Assembly (NCBI GenBank): GCA_029856435.1
Contig: JAHQXB010000114.1
Location: 1-49,933 of the forward strand
DNA: 49,933 nt
Reading direction: 5' to 3'
Source of the DNA: Candidatus Jordarchaeia archaeon
GTDB taxonomy: Archaea > Asgardarchaeota > Jordiarchaeia > Jordiarchaeales > Jordiarchaeaceae
This document shows positions 8,969 to 18,965 of this stretch, piece by piece (within the stretch, counting starts at the first letter, position 1; the number at the start of each line of letters is the position of its first letter). Under the pieces are notes generated by a model that was not told the origin of the DNA, did not search any database, and was given only the letters and a program-made list of their open reading frames with translations. The position numbers and the translations under genes are program-made.

Positions 8969-9889
8969 ATGGTTATATCGGTTGTAATTTTAACTTTCAA
9001 TAGAAGAGAGCATGTGGTTGACACTGTGGAGAGCACGCTTCGTCAGGCGTTTGATGGGGACTATGAAGTCATTGTGGTAGATAATTGGTCTGAGGATGGA
9101 AGCTATGAGGAGCTAAAATCCAGGTTTTCCAGAATTTCAAATTTTTGTATTGTTAGACCCTCTCAGAGGATAGGAATCGCGGCGGCGAGAAATTATGGGA
9201 TTCAAATCTCTAAGGGAGACATAGTGGCGTTTATTGATGATGATTGCATCGCAAATAGGTCTTGGCTCAAAGAGATTAACAGCATCTTCAAAGATAGTAG
9301 CGTAGGATGTGTTGGGGGAAAAATAAGTCTAGTAATGGTGGGAGCAAAAAAGCCAAAATGGTTGGGGAAGGATGTCTATGGAATTCTAGGTGTAACCAAT
9401 TGGGGGGAAAAGGCCAGAGACATATACTTTCCCATAGGAGGAAACTTGGCCATTAGAAGGGATTTGGCACTAAAAATCGGAGGGTTTAAAGAGCAGCTGG
9501 GGCCCCATGGAGTTAAAGTCTTCGGGGAAGAAATCAGTATTAGCAATAGGGTGCGGAACTCCGGTTTTAGAGTTGTATATGCTCCCAAGGCGAAGGTTTT
9601 CCACAAGATTTGGAAGAATCGCATCGAAATAGAAAATTTGCTTAGGAGGGCCTACATGATAAGTGTGGGCGACTACTACCTCTATGGCAGGATTCCCAAA
9701 AAAGTCCTCATTAATCTGGGAATTTTGCTGGCATCCCTGTATGGTTATATGGCGTTTTGGAGACCCAATCTTCTAATCCACTTATTCTACGCAGCGGGAT
9801 ACCTAGTTCCATCCCTAACCAGAAAAGAACCGTTAAAGACTTTAGGCTCCATGATAAATATTTGGAAGAAAATCCAAAGGAGAAGATAA
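8969..9889 (+). CDS. Glycosyltransferase family 2, paralog of 7798-8760
   Basis: SVVILTFNR, VDNWSEDGS, FIDDDC, GEEISI. Confidence 0.93.
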   Translation: MVISVVILTFNRREHVVDTVESTLRQAFDGDYEVIVVDNWSEDGSYEELKSRFSRISNFCIVRPSQRIGIAAARNYGIQISKGDIVAFIDDDCIANRSWLKEINSIFKDSSVGCVGGKISLVMVGAKKPKWLGKDVYGILGVTNWGEKARDIYFPIGGNLAIRRDLALKIGGFKEQLGPHGVKVFGEEISISNRVRNSGFRVVYAPKAKVFHKIWKNRIEIENLLRRAYMISVGDYYLYGRIPKKVLINLGILLASLYGYMAFWRPNLLIHLFYAAGYLVPSLTRKEPLKTLGSMINIWKKIQRRR

Positions 9890-9891
9890 AG

Positions 9892-11046
9892 TTGCTGAAC
9901 CTACCCCTCGCGCTAATTGCCGTTTACATTTTCCTAGCGATAATAATGTTAGTAATACCTATTATTTACTTTTTCACAGCATTAGTATCAATATTTAAGA
10001 CGAAGAGCGGGAAGGAGAAGAAAAATTTGCCCACAGTTACCGTAATTGTTCCAACCTACAATGAAGAAAAAAATGTTGAACGCGTATTGAAAAGTTTGCG
10101 CAGTTTAAACTACCCGAAAGAGAAAATGGAGATCATTTTTGTCGATGACTCAACTGATAGAACCTTTGAACTTATAGAAAATGAAACAAAAGACTGGAAG
10201 AACGCAAAAAGAATAAAACATGAAAAGAGATTTTCAAAGGCTTACGGTCTTAACGAGGCACTATCTGTATCAAGCGGAGAGATAGTAGCAGTATATGACG
10301 CGGACTGCAGCATAGAACCAGACGCCTTAAAAGCTCTGGTTAAACACTTTGACGACCCAAAAGTAATAGCTGTCCAAGGAAGATACGAGGCGGAAAGACG
10401 CAATTTTCTAAGCCGCGTCATCGACCTCGAATACACACTCTGGCAGGGGGGACAGCTGGTCGCGGTACCAGTTCTAATTGGCTACAACTACGCAGTGAGG
10501 CGAACCTACCTTGAACGCACCGGCGGCTTTGACGCCGAAATGTTAGCTGAAGACCATGAATTGTGGTACAGGATTTATGTTGACGGCTACAAAATAGTTT
10601 ACACCCAGGAAGCAGGAGTGAAAGTGCTTGAGCCTCGCTTTTTTAAAGATTTTGTCCAGCAGAGGAGGAGGTGGAGCAGAGGGTCAGATCAAGCCACCGC
10701 TAAGTATAGTGCTCAGAGACTGAGAATGTTTCCCAAACCCAGAATACCCAACTTCCTATCTTTCACCTCTAGATATACTGCTCCCTCCCTGAACGCGGTG
10801 TGTTTAGCTCTGCTACCCTTCTTGCTGGCACTTGGCGTGTTCTACCATGAATTTGTTCCGCTTATCTTTATTCTTGCGGGAGCAATCTTTTTTATTAATT
10901 TGGGCGCCCTTATTTTTTGCCTAAAACTCAGAAAGCCCCGCGCCTGGCTCTACTTGGCACCCTTATCCTTCCTAGTTCTCTACCAGAACATTTTATTCTT
11001 CACAGTAAGAAGAAAGGAAATAAAGTGGGAAAAAACTCAAAAATAA
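9892..11046 (+). CDS. Membrane-embedded processive GT2 (cellulose synthase/IcaA-like)
   Basis: VDDS, YDADC, AED and QQRRRW motifs, with N- and C-terminal TM helices. TTG 9892 after AAGGAGA is a better start than 9757, which overlaps the previous gene. Confidence 0.88.
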   Translation: MLNLPLALIAVYIFLAIIMLVIPIIYFFTALVSIFKTKSGKEKKNLPTVTVIVPTYNEEKNVERVLKSLRSLNYPKEKMEIIFVDDSTDRTFELIENETKDWKNAKRIKHEKRFSKAYGLNEALSVSSGEIVAVYDADCSIEPDALKALVKHFDDPKVIAVQGRYEAERRNFLSRVIDLEYTLWQGGQLVAVPVLIGYNYAVRRTYLERTGGFDAEMLAEDHELWYRIYVDGYKIVYTQEAGVKVLEPRFFKDFVQQRRRWSRGSDQATAKYSAQRLRMFPKPRIPNFLSFTSRYTAPSLNAVCLALLPFLLALGVFYHEFVPLIFILAGAIFFINLGALIFCLKLRKPRAWLYLAPLSFLVLYQNILFFTVRRKEIKWEKTQK

Positions 11047-11129
11047 AAAGCGCCGTGTGAATAGTACCTGTTAACTAAAGCAGGTACAGCATATTTGAGG
11101 ATTAGAAATATCTTCTGGCGTGGCTTGTT

Positions 11130-13058
11130 ATGGAGGCGTACAGTTTGCCCAAAGTAAGTTTGTTGAAAGTGAAGGATGTAGAAGCAACAGTTAGGAAGGG
11201 AATTGAACTAATCGGCGGAATAGATGTGGATTATTGTGACCAGATAGTAATAAAGCCTAACATTTGCTATCACAAGGACATTTATGGTAATGTGAATACT
11301 GATTTGCGTGTCCTTGACGCCGTTATTCGTGTGGCTAAGGAGCATTCAAACAAAGTCTTGGTTGTGGAAAGCGATAGCACGTCAAATCCCGCCGAGATAA
11401 GAATGGAACAGAGCGGAGCTATGGGAATTATAAGAAAAAACCAGGTTTCCTTCCTTAATCTGAGCCACGACGAAATCGTAGACGTAGAGGTAGGCCAGAG
11501 AAAGATTCGCCTACCCAAAACTGTTTTGGAGGCGCCTTACTTTATAAATGTTCCAAAACTGAAAACTCATGAAATCACAGTTATTACAGTTGCCCTAAAA
11601 AACCTGTATGGACTTCTTCCCGAAAAGAGCAAAGCCGCATTTTATCATCCCATCCTGGAAGAAATCATCCCCTTAATAAATTTGGCAGTAAAACAAGACC
11701 TTATAGTGGTGGATGGAATTATAGGGATGGAGGGAAGAGGTCCCATAGTCGGCACACCTGTGAATATGAACGTGATTCTGTGCGGCAGAGATCCCGTTAC
11801 AGTTGATTCCGTAGCAGCCCATATAATGGGCTTTAAACCCCAAAAAATAAAGACCATAGTGAAAACCTACCAGGGAGGAGTGGGCGAAATTGACCTGTCA
11901 AAAATCGAAGTAGTAGGGGTTGAGCCCAAATCAGTCGCTAAAAAGTTTAGAGGACCAGAAATTTCAGTCACAGGCCTGGCAAAAGACGGCACATCCACAC
12001 TTAGAATGCTGTTCCTCCCCAGCAAGACCATAAGACTACCCGGAGTTAAAGAGGTGGGAATAGGAGTCATTGGTGCGGGTAAAATCGCGGAACTCCTACA
12101 CTTCCCCGGCTACTCAAAGCTTGAAAACGTGAGACTAGAAGCCGCAGCAGACCCCAATCAGGAAAGACTTCGAGAAATTCAAAAAAAGTTTAACGTGCGG
12201 GAAGTTTACACTGATTACCGCGACCTCCTAGAAAACAAAAAAATCGACGCCGTTTCCATCTGCACCCCTCCCGAACTCCACAAAACCATAACCATAGAAG
12301 CCCTAGAAAGAGGAAAACACGTATTATGTGAAAAACCTCTAGCAACCAACCCCAAAGACTGCTACACAATAATGGAAGCTTTGAACGGAATTAAAAAAAT
12401 TGTCATGCCCGCTTTCAACTACAGATTCACACCAAGCGTAAAACTTGCAAATGAAATCATCTTCCGAGGAAAAATCGGAGAAATAAAAGAAATAAAGGCA
12501 CTATTCAAGAGCGACCAGAGAACATGGAAGGCCCTAACACCCTTCAGATTCAAAGACAAATACGGCGTCATAACCGACCTTGGCCCCCACGCCATAGACA
12601 TGCTAAGATACCTATGTGGAGAAATTGAAAAAGTGCAAAAAACCAATGCCACCATAGAAAGGTATGGCGTCTACGACAATGCAGACCTGACATTTAACAT
12701 GGAAAATGGAGCAACTGCAAACATTGAATTAAGCTGGTTCGGAGACAGCATAATCCCCTCATTTCCCTGGGAAATAAGGGGCGAAAAGGCCACCCTAAAA
12801 CTAGACATCTTAAGATCCCCGTTCTCCATAAAACTGAGAAGAAAAGGCGAAAAAAGAGAAACCAAATACGCTGTAGAGTCTACCCTCACAGACTTAGTTA
12901 ACAAGCTAACAATGGCAGTTCGCAGAACACATTATAGTTACGACGCTGAAATTAATTACTTCGTTCAGTGCGCAGCTAACAATGCTTCACCCCAAGTTAC
13001 CGTAAAGGATGGCACCCGCTGCGTCGAAATTATGCAAGAAATCTCAGAGAAAATCTAA
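11130..13058 (+). CDS. Fusion of an N-terminal DUF362-type domain and a C-terminal Gfo/Idh/MocA NAD(P)-dependent oxidoreductase
   Basis: N-half: IKPNIC, NVPKLKTH, ALKNLYG, VDGIIGMEGRGP, DPVTVD. C-half: IGVIGAG, ICTPPELH, HVLCEKP, DLGPHAID. Confidence 0.85.
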   Translation: MEAYSLPKVSLLKVKDVEATVRKGIELIGGIDVDYCDQIVIKPNICYHKDIYGNVNTDLRVLDAVIRVAKEHSNKVLVVESDSTSNPAEIRMEQSGAMGIIRKNQVSFLNLSHDEIVDVEVGQRKIRLPKTVLEAPYFINVPKLKTHEITVITVALKNLYGLLPEKSKAAFYHPILEEIIPLINLAVKQDLIVVDGIIGMEGRGPIVGTPVNMNVILCGRDPVTVDSVAAHIMGFKPQKIKTIVKTYQGGVGEIDLSKIEVVGVEPKSVAKKFRGPEISVTGLAKDGTSTLRMLFLPSKTIRLPGVKEVGIGVIGAGKIAELLHFPGYSKLENVRLEAAADPNQERLREIQKKFNVREVYTDYRDLLENKKIDAVSICTPPELHKTITIEALERGKHVLCEKPLATNPKDCYTIMEALNGIKKIVMPAFNYRFTPSVKLANEIIFRGKIGEIKEIKALFKSDQRTWKALTPFRFKDKYGVITDLGPHAIDMLRYLCGEIEKVQKTNATIERYGVYDNADLTFNMENGATANIELSWFGDSIIPSFPWEIRGEKATLKLDILRSPFSIKLRRKGEKRETKYAVESTLTDLVNKLTMAVRRTHYSYDAEINYFVQCAANNASPQVTVKDGTRCVEIMQEISEKI

Positions 13059-13251
13059 CGAATAACATTTAACTTGACTGCGTACCTTGAGGAGTTGCAC
13101 TATGTTTTTAACTTGTTCTAGAAAAGGAAAGATTAAACCCTATTTGATGTGCAGAAACCCTTCATAGAAGAAGATAGAATGCTGCCACAAAACAAAACTT
13201 TATACTGCCTTATTTTGATAGGCATAGTGAAAATTTTAATTAGTTAAAGGG

Positions 13252-13578
13252 TTATTCGAGTTTCACTTCTCGTCTTTTTCTTTCCTTTTCTATTTCTTCG
13301 TCTATAATGGATTTTATTGTTTCTTGCCTGTTGAATCCTACCAGAGTTCTATTTTTGTTGATTACTAGGGCGGGAACCGCGTCTATTTTGTATTCTTCAA
13401 CCTCTTTTTTTACTTTGGGGTCAAAAATGTTGTTTATTTTCCATTCCACATCTTTCCGAGGGTCCCTCATTAGAGGGTTCACCACGAGTTTCATAAAGTT
13501 CTTGCACTCAATTGAGTTCGGGTTATAGAAATACTCTACCACTATGCGAATACGGGGTGTAGATGCTTTTCCACTCAT
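13252..13578 (-). CDS. Thioredoxin/glutaredoxin-fold protein with SxxC
   Basis: VEYFYNPNSIEC active-site region and cis-Pro motif DAVPALVIN. Confidence 0.7.
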   Translation of the reverse strand: MSGKASTPRIRIVVEYFYNPNSIECKNFMKLVVNPLMRDPRKDVEWKINNIFDPKVKKEVEEYKIDAVPALVINKNRTLVGFNRQETIKSIIDEEIEKERKRREVKLE

Positions 13579-13689
13579 AACTCCACAATCCTAATGTCCT
13601 CATAGCGACTGAGAATAATTTTAATTCATTTTTAACATGAAAAATTTGGTTTCATACTTTCTAGGATTGCGTAAGCGTATAAGGATTTG

Positions 13690-14328
13690 CTAGAGCCATA
13701 GGGTTTGTTTGAGTGTTATCACATAGGGTTTTTTGTTTTTATCTACGGAAACGAGATTGCTTTTTTCCAACTCCTTAATGTATTCGTTGACCTTTGCTCT
13801 GGTGAGTGAAAGTTGTTTGGATATTTCTGTGTAGCTTAACCCTTTCTCGTTTTCAAGTAGAGCGAGGATTTGATACTTTTTGTCCCGTGTTAACACATTT
13901 TTCAACATTTTTTTCCTGGCGCTCTCTCTTTCTTCAAGTAATTTGATGTGGTTCTCAAGGTCTTGAATATATTTGTTAAGTCGATAATCCATAGCTTCTC
14001 TCCTTACCGCTGAAGTTGTTTTTTCGGCTAGCAACTCGGATTCGCGGACGTTCTTTAAATCTCCTAAAATTATCTGAATCTGTTTCACTGCTTCAACTGA
14101 AACCCTGTCCACTATCTGATTAAGTAGATCCATTATTAGATTTTGTAACCGGGATAAAATTCTGCTCATATCCATATTGCTGAAAGTTGTTTTCTCACTG
14201 TCGAAAAGTTCTCTGCGCAGGCTTTCAAAGAAGGAGTTCACTTCAAATTGAGAGCTTTGCTGCGCGCTTTGTATCTCTGCCACTAGACGAATCGCACTTC
14301 TTCTTACGCGTTCATCCTCCTCGCTCAT
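13690..14328 (-). CDS. Coiled-coil protein with C-terminal winged HTH
   Basis: C-terminal ILALLE-LSYTEISKQLSLTRAKVNEYIKELEKSNLV pattern; heptad-rich N-terminus. Confidence 0.75.
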   Translation of the reverse strand: MSEEDERVRRSAIRLVAEIQSAQQSSQFEVNSFFESLRRELFDSEKTTFSNMDMSRILSRLQNLIMDLLNQIVDRVSVEAVKQIQIILGDLKNVRESELLAEKTTSAVRREAMDYRLNKYIQDLENHIKLLEERESARKKMLKNVLTRDKKYQILALLENEKGLSYTEISKQLSLTRAKVNEYIKELEKSNLVSVDKNKKPYVITLKQTLWL

Positions 14329-14515
14329 AAAAGATCACTCCAGATATAATATTAATTTATGGTTAGTGGTTTTATAATTTAATAATATTGAAAGATTATT
14401 TAAGGGAATCAGCATTATCAAGTCATTTGTAGTCAATTATTAAGAAGATTTTCTATTATACTAGGCAAAAAAGGGTATATTTATCTCTCTAATTATAGTA
14501 AGAGGGTGTAAGGGT

Positions 14516-15064
14516 ATGAAGGTTAATTTGTTAATTACCGGGCCTCCAGGGGTTGGAAAAAGCAGTCTAATAAACCAGATTGTTAGAGAGGCTCGAGAAC
14601 GCAACCTGATGGTTGGCGGCATCATCACCCCTGAGCAAAGAGTATTGGTGCAGGGAAAAAATGTTCGTGTAGGTTTTTTCATAGTTAATCTTCTTAGCAA
14701 CGAGCAGGATTTTTTGGCCAAGGCTGATTTAAAAAGTGAATACAGAGTTGGCAAGTATGGTGTGATTCTTGAAAACATCAAGAGTATTGGGGTGCGGGCC
14801 ATCAGAGAGGCGATTCAGAAGGCGAATTTAATTGTAATAGATGAAATTGGAAAAATGGAACTTTTGGCACCGGAATTCGCGGTTGCAGTGCGCGAAGCTC
14901 TTGATTCCCTCAAACCTGTGCTTGGCACAATTGGAAAGAACGTCCAACACCCCTTCGTTGAAGAGATTAAAAGAAGAAGAGACATTGAGATAATTAACTT
15001 AACTAGAAGTAACCGTGAGATGATATATAAGAGAATATTTTCGGAAATAATCGGTGCGGTGTAA
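14516..15064 (+). CDS. Nucleoside triphosphatase, THEP1/NTPase_1 family
   Basis: ITGPPGVGKS, RVGFFI, VGKYGV, IVIDEIGKMEL. Confidence 0.92.
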   Translation: MKVNLLITGPPGVGKSSLINQIVREARERNLMVGGIITPEQRVLVQGKNVRVGFFIVNLLSNEQDFLAKADLKSEYRVGKYGVILENIKSIGVRAIREAIQKANLIVIDEIGKMELLAPEFAVAVREALDSLKPVLGTIGKNVQHPFVEEIKRRRDIEIINLTRSNREMIYKRIFSEIIGAV

Positions 15065-15148
15065 ATTTCAAAAGAGTCCACGCTTAGTGAACCACACAAC
15101 TTAAAGGATAAATAAAAAAGTTTCCAGAGAGATACCGTTTTTCTGGGT

Positions 15149-15868
15149 TCATAGCTGCTGATTTTGTTTTCCCAACTGTGTGATGATAGGTAGTTTGGTG
15201 TAAATCCGGTATACTTGGTTAAGGTAGTTTGGTAAGTCCATAATGAAACTGTTGAGCTTGAAAAATGGGACGATAGGAACTCCCTCAGAAAAATTAACTC
15301 CCTCTGCTAGTAAGGTGACAATTAAGGGTATAATCTTTGCCTCTCTCCACCCCCATAGTCCCATTTTTAGAAACGTTTTAGGCAGTGCTTTTGAGAGAGC
15401 TTCAGCCCTTTCTATTTGCTTTTTACAGTAAGTTCTCAACATATGATTCTTGCCAGATTTTTTGTAATGTTTGGAATCAACACATAGGATTAGAGGATTC
15501 TTTAATCCAACAACATCTATTTCGTATCTTTTTTGATTTTGGCCGAATCTAAAATTTTGGATGCAGAAAAAGTTGTTCGTTTCAAGCACCTTCCTTGAGA
15601 AGGCTTCAAATTCCTTCCAGCTTAAAAGTTTACAAATCTTCTCTATATCCGCACCAAATTTTAAAGCAACTAGAGAAAGCTGAAGTCTGGTTTCCAAATT
15701 AAAGTTAATTTTGCGCTTGGCAGGATCAACAAATCCTTCAGCTGTTAATAGGTCAAAAAGCTCTTGGTCTTCCACCATATTTTTAAGCTCTTCAAAATCT
15801 AGAGTTTCGACCTCCCTTAACCTTTTTATAATCGAGATAACAGTTTCCGCTTTTTCTTTTTTGTACAC
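15149..15868 (-). CDS. PD-(D/E)xK nuclease (Mrr/NERD-like)
   Basis: WKEFE...EIDVVG...CVDSKH catalytic pattern. Confidence 0.75.
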   Translation of the reverse strand: MYKKEKAETVISIIKRLREVETLDFEELKNMVEDQELFDLLTAEGFVDPAKRKINFNLETRLQLSLVALKFGADIEKICKLLSWKEFEAFSRKVLETNNFFCIQNFRFGQNQKRYEIDVVGLKNPLILCVDSKHYKKSGKNHMLRTYCKKQIERAEALSKALPKTFLKMGLWGWREAKIIPLIVTLLAEGVNFSEGVPIVPFFKLNSFIMDLPNYLNQVYRIYTKLPIITQLGKQNQQL

Positions 15869-15952
15869 TAAAACCTCTCCTATTATGTATTTAAAAAACC
15901 GAAATGTGGCTGTAACGTTTTAAGTGTTGGACCTGAATTATAGTTGACAAAT

Positions 15953-16321
15953 TTATCTATTTTGAAAGTGAACTTGTTCGAATAATTTTTTAATTTCACG
16001 GGCAGCCATATCTATTTTATTATAGTAGCGGACTGGTGGAGCAACAAGGGCGGAAAGAAATGTTTTTGGAGAAACATCCACCGCTTTGAAAACCATTTTG
16101 CCTCCGGAAAACCTTATTGGCACATCACTCAAATCTCCCAGTCCTAGTTCACTTTTTGTCCTTTTAGGCGCTGATAGTGCAAATGAAGACATTGCGGCAG
16201 CCACTCTTTTATCAAATTCCGGTGGTTCCGCCGATGCCATAAAGCCCTCAGCTGAAGAGGCTACACAGGCTTTTAGAGAGCACTTCTTCATCGTTTCCTT
16301 CAAAATTTTGGAGAGCACCAA
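15953..16321 (-). CDS. Roadblock/LC7 (LAMTOR/MglB-like) domain protein
   Basis: ACVASSAEGFM and AAAMSSFALSAPKRTKSELGLGDL match the roadblock helix-2 pattern; about 120 aa. Confidence 0.75.
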   Translation of the reverse strand: MVLSKILKETMKKCSLKACVASSAEGFMASAEPPEFDKRVAAAMSSFALSAPKRTKSELGLGDLSDVPIRFSGGKMVFKAVDVSPKTFLSALVAPPVRYYNKIDMAAREIKKLFEQVHFQNR

Positions 16322-16795
16322 GTTTCCTGCGCAGAATGATCCTCACCCTTTAAGTATTTTAGACCGGATCATAATTTTATACAATTTTAAGCCAATTAAA
16401 CCTTATTCGAACACCGATAAATATAATTCTTTAAGTCCTTGAAACACTTCACGATGGCCTTGATTGGAGTAAAAGATGAATAAAACGGTAAAATTATTTT
16501 AAAAATCGTTGCTAAAAATAGTATTTTAAGAGTATATTTTTAGACTCGGCGGGCCTGTTTGGATAATTGCGTTCACCCTAATTTAGGCTACCGTTGTTGA
16601 GGTCCATCTCCAATTACTCACTTCATAAAAAACCGTGAGCATAATTACAAAATGTTTCGCAGTCTACCAATGAATTCTTAAATCTGTAAAAAGGGATTTA
16701 GACTCCAAAGTTGAATCTTCTACAGGTATTGTAGTTAATCTTATATCTTGAAATATTAATACGGTAACTATCAAGTGTACCTATGTTAGAAATTA

Positions 16796-18193
16796 GTGTC
16801 TAGGTGCTTTTGGTTGACTTCTTGGAATATAAATTTGGAGAAGCCAGAAATCTATGAAGAACGTTTTAGGGAAATTGCTTCGGGTGACTATGCGATACTA
16901 GTGATTGTGGCGACTAAACCAGATTTTTATAAGCAGTTTCCTCTAGTTATTGAGTGTGAGAGGCGGGGAGTACCTGTGGGTGTAGTTCACACCGGTCAGC
17001 ATTTCGACGAAGTTTTGGGATATGGTTTAAATGAGTTTCACTTAGATGAGCGTTTAGTAGCCAATCTTAAAATTCGGGGGGATTTATCTGAAAAGTTTGT
17101 TGACCTGTTCTCCAAAATGGTGAAACTTGGAAGATACCTGAAAGAAAATTTCCCAGAAACGGAGTTCATACCCATTGTTCATGGCGATACTTTAACTGCG
17201 GGGGTTGTACCTCTAGCTTGGAGTTACGGGTTGGGGAAAAAATGTGTGCAAAACGAGGCGGGATTGAGGGGAATGTATCCCAACTCCATGTTCGACTTTG
17301 TGAAGGGAAAGATTGGTTTCGAAAAATTTATAGATTGCCAGTGGACCTTGGATTGGAGTATTGATAGGAATGAGCCGTTTCCAGAACAAATTGACACATT
17401 TATCTGTGGTTCAAGTTGTTTCTGCTTCATTGCGCCTCACAGGATTAACTTTGAGAATCTGGTTCGCGAAGGATATGACCCGGAATTAATTCCAGTTTGT
17501 GGTAACAGTGTGGTGGACGCTGTAGAGTACACAAAGGATCACAAAGTTGAAAACAGCATTTTTGATGTGTATCCTCAACTTGAACAGGATTCTTGGCTGA
17601 GGGTTGATATTCACCGTAGAGGGAACCTTACTGAAAGCCGCTTCAAAAACATTGTGAGCGCAATAAAAAGGCTGGTTGTAGAATACAAAATGAACGTCTG
17701 CCTGGTAGAATTAACTGCAATGAAAACTGGACTTAAACACTATGGTTTAACCGAATATATTAAAAAATTAGCTGAAGAGAATAAAAACTTTTTATTTACT
17801 CCTCTGTGGAAAAGCTACAGCAATGTAATTGAGTTCTTCCGTTCAGGGCACTGTTGGGCAAGCCTAACAGATAGTGGATCCCAACAAGAAGAACTTAATC
17901 TGATTGACGAATGCATCCCATTAACCTGCCGCTTCAACACAGACAGACCAGAGTCTGTAATGTGCGAATCAAATGTGCTTACACCCCCTTTAGAGAATCT
18001 AGCTGACTTTATTAATTACATCTACAAAAGCGATATTCCTAGCACTATGAAAAAGGCACCAAAAATTTATGGTTCCAATGTTTCAGAAAAAATAATCGCC
18101 GCAATAGATAAAATCTATAAGAAACACAAAACCTTCACATGGTGCCACGAAAAATTCTTGGGCAAAAAGGAATGCGGCATAGACTACCTGTAA
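16796..18193 (+). CDS. wecB: UDP-N-acetylglucosamine 2-epimerase family protein
   Basis: ATKPD, HTGQH, HGDT, EAGLR, GNSVVDA, TDSGSQQEE. Confidence 0.85.
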   Translation: MSRCFWLTSWNINLEKPEIYEERFREIASGDYAILVIVATKPDFYKQFPLVIECERRGVPVGVVHTGQHFDEVLGYGLNEFHLDERLVANLKIRGDLSEKFVDLFSKMVKLGRYLKENFPETEFIPIVHGDTLTAGVVPLAWSYGLGKKCVQNEAGLRGMYPNSMFDFVKGKIGFEKFIDCQWTLDWSIDRNEPFPEQIDTFICGSSCFCFIAPHRINFENLVREGYDPELIPVCGNSVVDAVEYTKDHKVENSIFDVYPQLEQDSWLRVDIHRRGNLTESRFKNIVSAIKRLVVEYKMNVCLVELTAMKTGLKHYGLTEYIKKLAEENKNFLFTPLWKSYSNVIEFFRSGHCWASLTDSGSQQEELNLIDECIPLTCRFNTDRPESVMCESNVLTPPLENLADFINYIYKSDIPSTMKKAPKIYGSNVSEKIIAAIDKIYKKHKTFTWCHEKFLGKKECGIDYL

Positions 18194-18326
18194 AAAACGG
18201 TAATTCCTAGAACCAGCCTCGTTCACAAACATAAAATAGTATGAAAAACCTTTTATTGCCTATGAAAATATTTTCATAGTTTGTGTGTAGTGCAAAGCTA
18301 AGTTTAAAATTTTTGGGGAATCTATT

Positions 18327-18704
18327 ATGTCTGAGAGTTTGTCAAGGTTCAAGGTAAAATTTATCATTGAGGGTATAGGTGAAGCTGAGGGTGAACTTAA
18401 CAGAATTTATGCTCCTCTAACAGTAGAAGCCATTAGAGATAAACTTCCCATTTCGGGTAGAGTAAACGTGTGGAAGGATAGTGAAGTATATTTTAACGTT
18501 GGAATCAAAAAGGGGCTGGAAAAGGCCACAAAGGAAGTTGAAAAGGGGACAATTGCTTATTGGAGTATGGGTGACGCCTTGTGCATATTCTTTAAGCCCA
18601 TTGAGCCTTACTCCGAGGTGAACATTGTTGGAAAAATCACAAAGAACCTTCAAGTATTTGAGAAGGTGAAAAGAGGGGCTAAAATCGAAATGCGCCTCAT
18701 CTAA
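18327..18704 (+). CDS. Cyclophilin-like fold protein (TM1367/DUF369 type)
   Basis: APLTVEAIRDKLPI, EVYF, GTIAYW, ALCIFF, VNIVGKI. Confidence 0.85.
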   Translation: MSESLSRFKVKFIIEGIGEAEGELNRIYAPLTVEAIRDKLPISGRVNVWKDSEVYFNVGIKKGLEKATKEVEKGTIAYWSMGDALCIFFKPIEPYSEVNIVGKITKNLQVFEKVKRGAKIEMRLI

Positions 18705-18965
18705 AATTTTCACTCTTTTGTGCGCTCAGCGGTTTCCTAAAATACCTTTAACTGCGAAAATGAATTTGGAGTCTTCTAGGCTTAGAGCTCATATATGTTC
18801 TTTTTGAGTTTCCTAATCTGCAAATTTCATAGTATTTTGAAAAGTTTTTGAATCAAAATTGTTATTAAATATGCTTTTTCAGCTTCTTTTTTCGGTAGTT
18901 TTCAGTAGAGAGGCTTCTTTTTACAACCAAAATGATTCAAAGATTTCGCTAAATACTACAGCGAG

